From assembly GCA_963714275.1 (NCBI GenBank), contig CAVQNT010000006.1:64001-128000 (forward strand): a stretch of 64,000 nucleotides of DNA, in the 5' to 3' direction. A program made the position numbers and the translations under genes. Shown here piece after piece: positions 29,728-40,463 of this stretch. The DNA is from Candidatus Bathyarchaeota archaeon (GTDB taxonomy: Archaea > Thermoproteota > Bathyarchaeia > Bathyarchaeales > DTEX01). Position 1 is the first letter of the stretch. Every line of letters begins with the position of its first letter. The notes under the pieces are model-generated. The model did not search any database. It was not told the DNA's origin and worked only from the letters and a program-made list of their open reading frames with translations.

Positions 29728-31440
29728 ATGGAAAAACAGAAAAAGGAATCAGCGTCGATAAATGTCAAATCAGATTCAAAAAAATTTAAGCTAAAGGAGA
29801 AACCTAAATCTAAAAATGGGAGCTTTTTTGCAAAATTTTTTTCTAAAAAAGATAAGTCGCTAAGACCAATTGTTAAATTGGAAGAGAAAGAGAAGCAAGA
29901 CACAAGTTATACTTTACTTGAAACCTACTGGATACATAATCCGCTTGCCAAGGTCAACATCGTTTCATCTGGGGGTGAATTGAAGTATATCGCTGAAGAA
30001 GTGAAACTCAGTTCCAGAGAAGAAAAAACCTATAGGAAAATAGAGTCTCTCATAACGAAGGAACTTTTACCGCCAGAGACTCTGATCATAGACATTAACT
30101 ATTACATACTTTCAGAAGCCAAAAGACTGGTCAGAAAATATATGCATAGCCTAGGAAGGTTCAAAGCAGAATCTTGGGAGAAAATATATTACTACGTTGT
30201 CCGCGACTTAGCAGGATATGGCGGTCTTGACATACCAATGAACGATCCGAATATTGAAGACATCTCATGCAACGGACTCAACCGTCCTATATATGTTTGG
30301 CACAGAAAGTACGAAAGCATCCCTGCAAACATCGAATTCACAAAGGAATCAGAGTACGACAACTTCATAGTTAAGCTCGCCCACATGGGAGATAAACACA
30401 TCTCAAGCGCACATCCCATGCTTGACGCCATGCTTCCAGGGAAACATAGGCTTGCAGCCACCTTCAGAAAAGAAGTCTCAACCTTCGGAAGCAGCTTCTG
30501 CGTGAGAAAATTCCGCGAAGACCCGTTCTCCATCATTGACCTAATCAGCATAGGAACGATCGACGCGACCCTTGCTGCCTACTTCTGGCTTCTCTTAGAG
30601 AATAAGATGAACATGATGCTTATAGGAGGGACTGGCGCTGGAAAGACAAGCACGTTGAACGCCCTCATAAGCTTGATGAGACCGCATGACAAAGTTGTAA
30701 CAGTTGAAGAGATCGCTGAACTCAACACCTTACATGATAACTGGGTCCAGCTTACAAGCAGGCAAGGGTTCAAGTTCGGTCAAGCAGATGAAACTTCAAT
30801 CAGCCTCTTCGACCTAGTTAAGCTTAGCCTTCGATACAGGCCGGATTACATCATCGTTGGCGAAGTTAGAGGAGAAGAAGCCTACGCCCTTTTTCAAGCC
30901 ATTGCCACAGGTCATGGTGGTATCTGCACTATGCACTCTGATAGTTTGGATCATGCAGCCAAACGGTTGACATCACCCCCAATGAATGTATCCGAGGTTT
31001 ACATCCCCCTTATGAATGTTGGAATATATGTCCAAAGGGTGGAGCTTCCAAAAAATAAGGTAGGTTTAGCATTTGGCAGAAGAGCAAGAAATGTCTGGGA
31101 AATTATTGAATATGGAAAGTATAACCTTATTTCTGAATGGTCACCGACCGAAGACACTTTTAATACTTATCTAGAGAAGAGTCATCTCCTTGAACAGATC
31201 GCTATTAAAAAGGGTATATTAAAAGAGGACCTTATAGCAGAAATTAAGCAGAGAGAAATAGTACTTAATGACATCTTAAAATCGGGGAAAAGAAGTCAGA
31301 ATGATGTTACACAAGCCATCACAGAATATTACAATTACCTTAAGAAGGAAAAACTGGACAAAAGACCTAGAATAACGAAACCAAAGTTGATGGTACAACT
31401 TAAAACATTGCCTCGTTCGTTAATACGTAAAAAGGGATGA
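29728..31440 (+). CDS. Type II/IV secretion (pilus assembly) ATPase
   Basis: GGTGAGKTS, LRYRPDYIIVGEVRG, TGHGG. Confidence 0.95.
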   Translation: MEKQKKESASINVKSDSKKFKLKEKPKSKNGSFFAKFFSKKDKSLRPIVKLEEKEKQDTSYTLLETYWIHNPLAKVNIVSSGGELKYIAEEVKLSSREEKTYRKIESLITKELLPPETLIIDINYYILSEAKRLVRKYMHSLGRFKAESWEKIYYYVVRDLAGYGGLDIPMNDPNIEDISCNGLNRPIYVWHRKYESIPANIEFTKESEYDNFIVKLAHMGDKHISSAHPMLDAMLPGKHRLAATFRKEVSTFGSSFCVRKFREDPFSIIDLISIGTIDATLAAYFWLLLENKMNMMLIGGTGAGKTSTLNALISLMRPHDKVVTVEEIAELNTLHDNWVQLTSRQGFKFGQADETSISLFDLVKLSLRYRPDYIIVGEVRGEEAYALFQAIATGHGGICTMHSDSLDHAAKRLTSPPMNVSEVYIPLMNVGIYVQRVELPKNKVGLAFGRRARNVWEIIEYGKYNLISEWSPTEDTFNTYLEKSHLLEQIAIKKGILKEDLIAEIKQREIVLNDILKSGKRSQNDVTQAITEYYNYLKKEKLDKRPRITKPKLMVQLKTLPRSLIRKKG

Positions 31441-31450
31441 GGAAAAATAT

Positions 31451-33188
31451 ATGCTTGAGGACTTTTGTTACGCACACTTCGGCGGATTCGGGCGCGGCTT
31501 GATGAAGCTCTTCAAAGGAATAGAAACCGACATGGAAGCTGCAAACATGAAACTTCACCCCGAAGTGTACCTTAGTATGATTAGTTTTGTCACATACTTA
31601 ATGGCAAATATATCCGTATTTTTATTGCTCCTGCTGTTTCTTAATGTTATCCCGTTACTGCTGCCTTTCTATTTTATGTTACTTATTCTAGTCACGCCTC
31701 CAATTTTCACTTTGTTAATTGGCGGCGTAATTCCAAAGTTTATTGCATCAAACAAAATTTCTGGACTTAGGAATGAGATTCCTTACGCGTCGATGTACCT
31801 GAGCGTTATGACTAGCGGAGGGCTTACTCCATATGCGAGCTTGTTGAGGTTAAGGGAAACCGAGTTACTTCCAAAGCTTAAAAACGAGATAGAACGTATC
31901 GAAAAAATCATCCTTTCGACAGGCATGGATCCCGTGTCTGCAATGGCAAAGGCTGCAAAAACTTTGGGCTTAAAGGAATACAAGGAGTTGCTGCTAGGTT
32001 ACGCCTCGACTATGAGAACTGGTGGCGATGTTCTTCATTATCTATATAGCCAAACAGAGTCGATGTTTAAGAGGATGGCTAATAGAATCAAGGCGATGGG
32101 AGACCACATGGCGATGCTTATGGAAGGTTACACCATCATCGCCATCCTTGGGACTCTCGGAATTTACATGATATTCATTGTATCCTTAAGCTTTCCCCAG
32201 TTTCAAGCCATGCCTCCAGAAACGTTCATTTTATTCGCGTTCGCCCTCTTGCCCGGTATTTCCATAGCATTCCTTTACTTCGCAGATACGATGCAAATAA
32301 ATTATCCCATCTCCCAATGGAAGGCCTATAGAGACTTTGGCTGTTTCAGTGCCAGCTGGGCTTTTTGTGGTTTCTCAGATGGTTTTGCCATATTTTAATT
32401 TGAATTTCATTACTCTTCCGTTTATTTCCGAAATTCCTACAATATTGCGAAGCATCCTTACTCTTGAAGAGGGAACTGAGCCAGCTCTGGGTTTAGCGTT
32501 AAGCCTGATAATATTGTCTTTGCCTATGACCATTTTCGACAATCATTATTCAGAAACCGAAAAAGGTATACTTGATGGTGTGACTAACTTTCTTAGGGAT
32601 CTTGTTGAAAACAGGAAGACAGGATTGAGTCCTGAAAAAAGTATTCAGTTACTTGCGGATAGAGACTACGGAAAGTTTTCGAAGTACATTAAATTTATGA
32701 GCGCAGAGATTAGTTGGGGGATTCCACTAAAGCAAGTATTTGAAGATTTTAAAAGCCGAGTAAAAAACTGGTTGTGCCTAGTTAACCTTTATCTCCTTAT
32801 TGACACGATTGAGGTTGGGGGCGGAACAGAGGAAAGTCTCGAATCCTTAGCTGAGTTTGCTGAAGAAACTAGGGAACTTGAAACTGAACGCAAGTCAAGT
32901 CTTGCTCCACTTTTCCTTGTGCCTTACATGGGCGCAGCCATTCTGACAATAACGACATTGATGTTGCTGCAGTTGTTCACTAGCATGGCCACCATTGGGG
33001 GTCAACAGATAGCCACAGTGGAGCTGGCGAAGATGCTTGTGACTCCTCTTATTCTTCACTCTTTCATTCTAGGCATAGTTACTGGAAAAATAGTTAATGG
33101 AAGAGTCTCAGCGGGATTCAAACACGCAATGATTCTAGTAATAGTGTCCGTGGCAGGAATCTATGTGGCAACTCACATGTTACATTGA
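31451..33188 (+). CDS. Pilus membrane platform protein (TadC/ArlJ-like, two T2SSF domains); frameshift near 32335
   Basis: EIPYASMYL..GGL, GGDV, FLRDLVE..TGLSPE, GGG..ESL. Confidence 0.88.
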
Positions 33189-33361
33189 TAGATACAAAAC
33201 ATTTTAACTGAATGAGGCAACTTATCCCCTTTTCCTCTAATTATATTAAAATTAATAATTATCTTAATGTAAGTTAATGTGATATTTGTTTTTGATACAT
33301 AGGTACTTTTCATAAATCTTTTCTACTATCCCCGTATAGCCATTCTAATAAACAGTTCGAT

Positions 33362-35348
33362 TTGAAGCAGTCAACTGCAGTAGGTAAAACTAAGATGAAC
33401 AAGCAATCAATAAAAATATTTGTTTTCATGACACTTTTAATCAGCATAAGTATATCACAAAAAGTTCCAACGGGAATCAATGAAGTCTCAGCACTACCTG
33501 TTGTTCCCTACACACTTGGAAAATGGACATATGTAGGAAAAGCTATTTCCCCAATTAAGGTAAACGATAGTCAGATTATTATTGGCGCTAATTATACTTT
33601 TGTTTGTAACCTCAGGGCCGGATCCAAGTATCACGTCTATTTTTACGGGGAATGGATAGATCCTACACCTCTTGTGGATAAAACCGATTATGACATTTAT
33701 GTTTACAACCCCTTTGGTCAACTTGAATCGATGCATACTGAGTCAGCTGGGTTGCCCGAACACTTAGGTACAACCGTTAATGAGCCCTTCTTTATTCCCA
33801 AATACACCGGGAATTATAGTATTCTTGTGAAGAATGATGCTAAAGAAAGTCGGGGAGAGAAGGGTGGAACTCTCATGATTATCGAACATATAGAATGCAA
33901 CCAGTGGTATGAGATTCACATGCAAGGAAAGGTGAACGGAAATGCAATGCTTGATACTTGCTGGGCTTACGAATTCACGACCACTTCAGGACGGGTTGAG
34001 ATCCCTGTTATAGTTCCCGACCCTCCGGAAGCATATCTTGACATGTATGAAGTTCAGCTCTATCTTATGGCGAATCCATCAGATGGAATTGGACAAACAT
34101 TGAATGGTGTGCCATTGCCATGGGAACCTGGCTTGTATGGAGACGCCACTGGGTCTGGGGCAGCCACATATGGTGGGTATAGATTGACTGCTGAAGGTTT
34201 TAGCCACGCAAATGCTTCTGCGAGCTGTGAATATTATGGTCAGGATATGTTCATTGATTACTCGTCTGGATTATCTGACGATCCAAGTCGTTTACTCCTG
34301 TACCATCTTGCCTTGATCGCGGAAGAGGGCGAAGGCAATGTCAGGTTCATGTTTAAGACCGATTTTAATCCTCCGACATTAAACATAGCGAATCCAATTT
34401 ACAGAGCCTAATTCTGATGAAGACGTTGATATAACCGCTCATGCTATTGATGGTGAATCAGGAATGAAAAGCGTCATTCTGAACTACACTATAAACAATT
34501 GGATTAACTGGACTGCCATTGATATGATTCCCTCAGTAAATAATACTTTTATGGCAACTATTCCAAAGCAGCTCGGAGGAAAAACTGTAAAATACAAAGT
34601 CACTGTTATGGACATGGCTGAGAATACCATAACGATGGAGAGCTCATACGCTGTAAAGAATAAGTCATACTTGTATATCACGTTGTCAAAAACATCCCTC
34701 CAAGGAGGAGATAGCACACAGATTGTTGGCTGGCTATCACGAGGTTTAGCTGACGTGACCCTTGACTTCGTTTGGCAAGGCACTCACACCTTGAAAACAG
34801 TTCAAGCTGCTATGAATGGCTCCTTCATGTATGAATTTACGCCCGATAAAGCTGGAAATTGGACGGTTTCCGCAAGTTGGCTCGGAGACCAAGAATGGTG
34901 GAATGCATCCAGCGAGTCTTGTTCATTCGTCGTTCAGAAACTATCAACCACAATAACATGTAGTATTGGTCATACAGACTTTGTATCTAGGTGAAGACTT
35001 GGATGTGACAGGATATGTTTTCCCTGCTGAGCTAAACATAGAGGTGGTTGTGAGCTTACTAAGCCTGATGGAACAATGGTCACAAGACCGGTCTACACGA
35101 GTTCTGACGGTTCATACGAGTTACTTGCGTTTCAACCAATCCTCAAAGGGCAGTGGGAAGTTCAGGCAGAAGTATCTGGTGATGAGTTCCATCTACCCTC
35201 AAACAGCAGTACTGTAAGCCTTGCTGTGAACGACACTTGGTTCAACGAGTACAAAATTTACATTATTGGTGCAGGAGGAGTCGCTGGAATAGTGGCTTTA
35301 GGAATCTTCCTGTTAACACGTGGCAAGGCTGAAGTTGAGGAAGAGTAA
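33362..35348 (+). CDS. Large secreted, membrane-anchored Ig-like protein; split by indels
   Basis: Signal peptide, TDYDIYVYNP, GNWTVSASWLGD, and a C-terminal TM segment. Confidence 0.65.
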
Positions 35349-35416
35349 ACAAGCCTTTTCGATACTTTTAACCGTTTTTGAAGGCTTTTTCGCATCGTTT
35401 TGCCTATTGTCCAAGG

Positions 35417-35436
35417 TTTAGAACACGTGTTCTAAA
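35417..35436. promoter_or_regulatory. Perfect 20-bp palindrome TTTAGAACACGTGTTCTAAA, candidate operator
   Basis: Self-complementary, intergenic, about 40 bp upstream of the beta-propeller gene. Confidence 0.5.
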
Positions 35437-35477
35437 ACATAGAATTATGATAGTTTGACTCTCTAAAATATGTTCTA

Positions 35478-37391
35478 GTGACATATATGAACAAACATAG
35501 TTTATCAAGATTGCCTGTTAATGGATACAAATTCGTAACAAGATCCTATACTGCGGTCATGACGGGAATAACGCTTGGCCTAATCGTAATGAGCTTAGCA
35601 TTGTCTCTAACGTTTGTTCCAAATACAGTTAATTCTTCAGCAAGTTCAACTCTTCAAAGATTCTCTTCATATTCGGAGCTTAAGACATTCCTAAATAACA
35701 GCGGATACGTAGGACCTTATTATTACACTTTCACAAGGGGAGGACAGCCTCTTTCATTTACTGGGGCGATGGATTTGTCAAAAGAAAATACTGTTGATTA
35801 TTCGAAGACTAACATTCAGGTTGAAGGCGTTGACGAGGCGGACATCGTAAAAAGCGACGGCGAATACCTGTATCTCGCTTCAGGCAGCAAAGTTCTAATC
35901 CTGAAAGCGTATCCAGCGGACGACGCTCAGATTGTTGCGGAAATAATTCTGAAGGGAACTATTTCTGGTATCTTCGTGAATGAGGACAGGTTAATCGTGT
36001 TCGAATCTGCATACCAAGACATCGTGTACAATCGTATGCCTATCACCATTTATCCCTCACAAACAATGGTACAAATCAAGGTCTACGACATCACTGACAG
36101 AAGCAACCCCATTCTAGTAAGAACTGTTTCGTCAGATGGATGGTATTTCACTTCTAGGATGATTGGCGATTACGTCTATGTAATCGTGGACTCACCTGCA
36201 TACATTCGTGAAGGCGAAATTACTCTGCCAATAATCATCAAAGAGGGCGGTGCCGAAAGGGTAGAAGCCACAGATGTTTACTACATGAATGTAACAGACT
36301 ACAGTTATGGCTTCACAACAGTTTTCGCCATCAACATCAAAGACGAAAGCGTCGAACCTACTCATGAAACGTTCCTCCTCGGAGCCAGCAGCGCAATGTA
36401 CGCGTCAGTAAACAACATCTATCTGGCTATTCCAAGCTACGACTATGAAACAAGCATCGAAAGGACAAACATAGTGCGGATCCAAGTGCAAGGAAGCCTC
36501 ATAACCAGCGAAGCAACAGGACAGGTTCCTGGACGAGTGTTGAACCAATACTCGATGGACGAATTCGAGGGATATTTCAGAATTGCCACCACAATAAGCA
36601 GCTTTACAAGCCTAAATGGTCAAGCAACATCCGGCAACAACGTGTACGTTCTGAACATGAACCTAACTATCGTAGGTACACTGGAAAACTTGACTCCCGG
36701 CGAAAGCATCTATTCCGCCCGGTTCATGGGTTCGAAGTGCTACTTGGTTACTTTCAAAAAGGTTGACCCGCTTTTCGTGATTGGGCTGGATGATCCCACT
36801 GCTCCTAGGGTTCTTGGAAGGCTCAAGATTCCGGGCTTTTCCGATTATCTTCACCCCTACAGTGAGAACCTGTTGATAGGCATCGGCAAAGAGACAGTTG
36901 AGTCTGAGGAAGGAGACTTTGCTTGGTACCAAGGCGTCAAGATAGCGTTGTTCGACGTGAGCGACGTTGAGAACCCTAGAGAAATAGCAAAATACATCAT
37001 AGGCGACAGAGGAACAGACTCTCCCGTCCTGAGAGATCCTAAAGCTTTCCTGTTCGACAAGGACCGAAACTTGCTCGCAATACCGATTCTTCTGGCTGAA
37101 ATAAACGAGAACCAGTACCCAGAAGGAGTTCCAAAAAACGCTTACGGAGAGTACGTCTGGCAGGGGCTTTACGTGTTCACGATCACGGAAGACTCCATAA
37201 CCTTGAGAGGGCAAGTCACACACGTCAACAATCCTGAAGAATTCATGAAAAGCGGATACTACTATTACTCAGAGTTCTCTGTGACACGCAGCCTGTACGT
37301 CGAAAACATGCTTTACTCGATTTCGGACGCGAAGGTCAAAATAAGCGACCTGACAAGCCTTGAAACAGTAAACGAAATTAAACTGCCGTAA
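35478..37391 (+). CDS. Secreted beta-propeller domain protein
   Basis: YSKTNIQVEGVDEADIVKSDG, LNQYSMDE, VTFKKVDPLFVI, LKIPGFSDYLHP. Confidence 0.9.
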   Translation: MTYMNKHSLSRLPVNGYKFVTRSYTAVMTGITLGLIVMSLALSLTFVPNTVNSSASSTLQRFSSYSELKTFLNNSGYVGPYYYTFTRGGQPLSFTGAMDLSKENTVDYSKTNIQVEGVDEADIVKSDGEYLYLASGSKVLILKAYPADDAQIVAEIILKGTISGIFVNEDRLIVFESAYQDIVYNRMPITIYPSQTMVQIKVYDITDRSNPILVRTVSSDGWYFTSRMIGDYVYVIVDSPAYIREGEITLPIIIKEGGAERVEATDVYYMNVTDYSYGFTTVFAINIKDESVEPTHETFLLGASSAMYASVNNIYLAIPSYDYETSIERTNIVRIQVQGSLITSEATGQVPGRVLNQYSMDEFEGYFRIATTISSFTSLNGQATSGNNVYVLNMNLTIVGTLENLTPGESIYSARFMGSKCYLVTFKKVDPLFVIGLDDPTAPRVLGRLKIPGFSDYLHPYSENLLIGIGKETVESEEGDFAWYQGVKIALFDVSDVENPREIAKYIIGDRGTDSPVLRDPKAFLFDKDRNLLAIPILLAEINENQYPEGVPKNAYGEYVWQGLYVFTITEDSITLRGQVTHVNNPEEFMKSGYYYYSEFSVTRSLYVENMLYSISDAKVKISDLTSLETVNEIKLP

Positions 37392-37414
37392 AAACCGCTT
37401 TATACCCTTTTTTT

Positions 37415-38062
37415 CTATTTTTTATTAATAATCTTTAGAATTTTTTCTACTATGACTTCAGGGGGCGTCATCAAGTCGTCGCAGTGAACGTCTTTCAGAA
37501 GCCTTTTTTTCCTGTAATATTGTATTAGTGGCTCGGTTTTTTCGCGGTAGACGTTAAGCCTTTCTTGTATGACTTCGGGTTGGTCGTCGCGTCTCTGGAA
37601 AAGTTCGCCTCCGCAGTTGTCGCATACGTGCTCTTTTTTTGGTTTCAGTGTCAACAGGTTGTAGATGGCTCCGCACTTCTTGCATATGACCCTGTTCGAC
37701 AGCCGCGTGACAATGATTTGGTCGGGCACATTCAGGTTAACGGCAACGTCGATTTTCGAGATTTTTCCCAAAGCTTCAGCCTGATTAATGGTTCGGGGAA
37801 ACCCGTCAAGTATGAAGCCCTTTTCGCAGTCGGGTTTCTTCAGCCTATCCGCCAGGAGCTGGATTATGATTTCGTCGGGGACAAGTTCGCCTTTGTCACT
37901 GTATTGCCTGATTTTTGTGCCAAGTTCGGTTTGAGCCTTAATTTCGTCGCGAACCATATCGCCCGTCGAAATGTGTGGTATACCAAGGTTAACGTTGAGC
38001 CTTGAAGCGTAGGTTCCTTTTCCTGCCCCAGGGGCACCTAGCATCACGATTTTCATCAACAA
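37415..38062 (-). CDS. adk: Adenylate kinase, bacterial type with zinc-binding LID
   Basis: GAPGAGKGT, HISTGD, LDGFPR, CKKC...CDNC. Confidence 0.95.
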   Translation of the reverse strand: MLMKIVMLGAPGAGKGTYASRLNVNLGIPHISTGDMVRDEIKAQTELGTKIRQYSDKGELVPDEIIIQLLADRLKKPDCEKGFILDGFPRTINQAEALGKISKIDVAVNLNVPDQIIVTRLSNRVICKKCGAIYNLLTLKPKKEHVCDNCGGELFQRRDDQPEVIQERLNVYREKTEPLIQYYRKKRLLKDVHCDDLMTPPEVIVEKILKIINKK

Positions 38063-38388
38063 CCACCATGTTGGTTCCGTGTTCTTTTTTCTTTAGAGTG
38101 CTTAGTATGTACGTGATGCTCCTTTATTTCTTTCTATGCCCGTTGGAACATTTTCTCTTTAGGCTATCTCACTAAGGCGGAAATATAAATATTAAACTTT
38201 GGTTGAGGGCGGCTCAAAAGCTTGGTACTTCGTCATGTTGCTCTTTTTCTGATGAGACAGATCAGATCATCGCCACCCCGATTATTTTTCGGGTTCGCTG
38301 AATATAAACCAATAGAACCGTTAAGGGTTAGGCTTAGATTTTTGTCTAAATCCTTTAAATGTCTAAATATCATTGTTTTGTTTGTGGG

Positions 38389-38757
38389 ATGGCATTGGAC
38401 CGAATTGTGGCTTACTGCGGATTAATGTGTTCCAGCTGCCCCATTCTGTTGGCGACGCAAAAAGACGACGACGAAGAGAGAAAGCGAGTAGCTGAACTGG
38501 TCAAAAAACAATACGGCAAAGAATGCACGGCGGAGGATATAAACTGCGACGGTTACCTCACTGAGGGACCGCGAATCTGGTATCTCTGCTTCACTTGCCC
38601 GATTAGAAAGTGCGCAAGACAGAGAAACGTAAAGAACTGTTCCTATTGCACCGAATATCCATGTGAAACGCTCATGAAATTCTTTAAAGAGACCCCAGAA
38701 GCCAAAGAAACATTGGATAAAATAAAATTCGAACTGAATCCTTCTAAAATCAGATAA
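38389..38757 (+). CDS. DUF3795-family Cys-rich protein
   Basis: AYCGLMCSSC...CPIRKC...CSYCTEYPC. Confidence 0.85.
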   Translation: MALDRIVAYCGLMCSSCPILLATQKDDDEERKRVAELVKKQYGKECTAEDINCDGYLTEGPRIWYLCFTCPIRKCARQRNVKNCSYCTEYPCETLMKFFKETPEAKETLDKIKFELNPSKIR

Positions 38758-38769
38758 TTGGACTAACAG

Positions 38770-39729
38770 CTACGCAAGAAGTATTGCTCCACTCGGTTCG
38801 TACTTGCCTTTAACCGTGTATCCCGAGAGGTGCGAGAGTTTCACTGCGAACTCTTCTATGTCCTTCATGTACGGCATAGCGTTCTTAGGCAGCCGTTTTT
38901 GGCTTTGACCGACCCATTCGTAAGCTTTAACCTCAATGAAATTCGGCTGGGCTTTCTTGACGAGCTCAGCGTATTCCTCGTGACCAGTCATGTTCCACCC
39001 TTTAATCATCGTAAGCCTTAGGACCTTGCGGGTGTTCAGGCTTGGAAGCAGCTCCAGCGTCCTATTCAGCCTTTCCCAAGCGTCCTTTCCAAGTGGCTGT
39101 GCGATCGTTGCATACGTTTTCTTGTTTGGAGCTGAGATACTTACATACAGCTGAAAAGGCAACGGAGCCAACTTTTCTAGGGCTTCAGGCATTGTCCCGT
39201 TTGTCACAAGAAAGGTCAGCATGCCCCGTTTTTGGGCTTCGCTGATGAGTTCGGAAGTTTTCGGGTACAATGTCGGTTCGCCAGTGAGGCTCATCGTCAT
39301 CATCGTCGGCTTCAGGGCTTCCCCGAATTTGGTTCTTTCGGCTTTTGGGTTGCCCTTCCATCCCGACAAAAGCAGGTTCCTCTTCTCTATTGCCTGATCG
39401 ATAATATGGGCTGGTTCATCGAAGTCGTCCACGCTCAACGGAAACTCTTTCCATTTTAGTCCTTGTCTGTCTCCTGAATGAAGCCGCCAACAGTGGAGGC
39501 AGTGGCAGTCGCAGCCGAGGTACGGGGTCATCATCATGCATCGGTGGCTTTGAACAGGAGGATACCACAACTCTTTGTAGCAAACCCTGTTGTGTCGGAG
39601 GCTTTCTTTCGTCCATTGGCAAACCTTAACTGCGCTGTGAAGGTGGCTGCCGACAAGCCTGTATCCTTGCCTGTAATAGATTTTGTGTATTTGCGCCTCT
39701 AAGGTGTGCTCAAAGTCTTTCGTTGCCAT
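38770..39729 (-). CDS. taw1: tRNA 4-demethylwyosine synthase, radical SAM
   Basis: HSAVKVCQWTK, CYK, SHRC, CxxxCxxCWR, SLTGEPTLY. Confidence 0.92.
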   Translation of the reverse strand: MATKDFEHTLEAQIHKIYYRQGYRLVGSHLHSAVKVCQWTKESLRHNRVCYKELWYPPVQSHRCMMMTPYLGCDCHCLHCWRLHSGDRQGLKWKEFPLSVDDFDEPAHIIDQAIEKRNLLLSGWKGNPKAERTKFGEALKPTMMTMSLTGEPTLYPKTSELISEAQKRGMLTFLVTNGTMPEALEKLAPLPFQLYVSISAPNKKTYATIAQPLGKDAWERLNRTLELLPSLNTRKVLRLTMIKGWNMTGHEEYAELVKKAQPNFIEVKAYEWVGQSQKRLPKNAMPYMKDIEEFAVKLSHLSGYTVKGKYEPSGAILLA

Positions 39730-39895
39730 GCGATGTGTTAGCCTCGTTTTCCTAAAAGCAGTAAAGAAAAAAGCCTTAGAATGATATAAAAGAATCGTTA
39801 AGCCCCAGACGGTAGAATGACTGTGGGTTGAAACCATAACCCTTATCTGATTCGCGGATGTTACTTAAGATTCTTCGTCGCCGGGTGTTTTTAGA

Positions 39896-40462
39896 ATGAC
39901 TGAAACCGTTGAAGACGCCCAGAAACCTGCTAAAACGGAAAAAATTGACCCGAAATTCAAGTACGAAATTATGAAGATGCCTGGTGCAGGAAAGATTCAA
40001 CTTTGCTTCCAATGCGGCACATGCACAGCTGACTGCGCAATCGCAAGGTTCACGGAATTTTATAAGCCCAGAAAAATTGCCCGCATGGTTCAGCTTGGAT
40101 TAAAGGACAGGCTTGTGGGAAACGACGTTTTGTGGCTTTGCACTACTTGCCACACGTGCGATGACCATTGCCCGCAAGGCGTGGAGGTTTCAAGCATCGT
40201 CCGTGCGCTGAGAAACATGTCAGTGAAAAGCCGAGGAGAGATGCCATTCATCCACAAGACCTTCGCTTCCAACATTCTAAAGACAGGCTATGTCTATCTG
40301 ATGCCGGAGTCGCGGGTGAAGAAACGTGAAGAGCAAGGATTGCCGCCGTTGCCAAAACCGAATCTTAGCGACGTTGTTAAGCTTTTTAAAGTCACAGGAT
40401 TCGCTGAGATGTTGGAGACAGCGAAGACTTTAGAAAATGTCAAAACCAAAGCTGGGAGCTAA
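39896..40462 (+). CDS. hdrC: Heterodisulfide reductase subunit C
   Basis: CFQCGTCTADC, WLCTTCHTCDDHCP. Confidence 0.9.
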   Translation: MTETVEDAQKPAKTEKIDPKFKYEIMKMPGAGKIQLCFQCGTCTADCAIARFTEFYKPRKIARMVQLGLKDRLVGNDVLWLCTTCHTCDDHCPQGVEVSSIVRALRNMSVKSRGEMPFIHKTFASNILKTGYVYLMPESRVKKREEQGLPPLPKPNLSDVVKLFKVTGFAEMLETAKTLENVKTKAGS

Positions 40463-40463
40463 G

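Noticed and set aside
38249-38275. Hammerhead ribozyme suggested by CTGATGAG
   Set aside because: No stem II followed by GAAA, so the catalytic core is incomplete.
39790-39895. Riboswitch or SECIS-like hairpin upstream of hdrC (GGGTTGAAACCATAACCC)
   Set aside because: Only a short hairpin in a divergent promoter region. hdrC and hdrB contain no in-frame TGA, and no known aptamer consensus was recognised.
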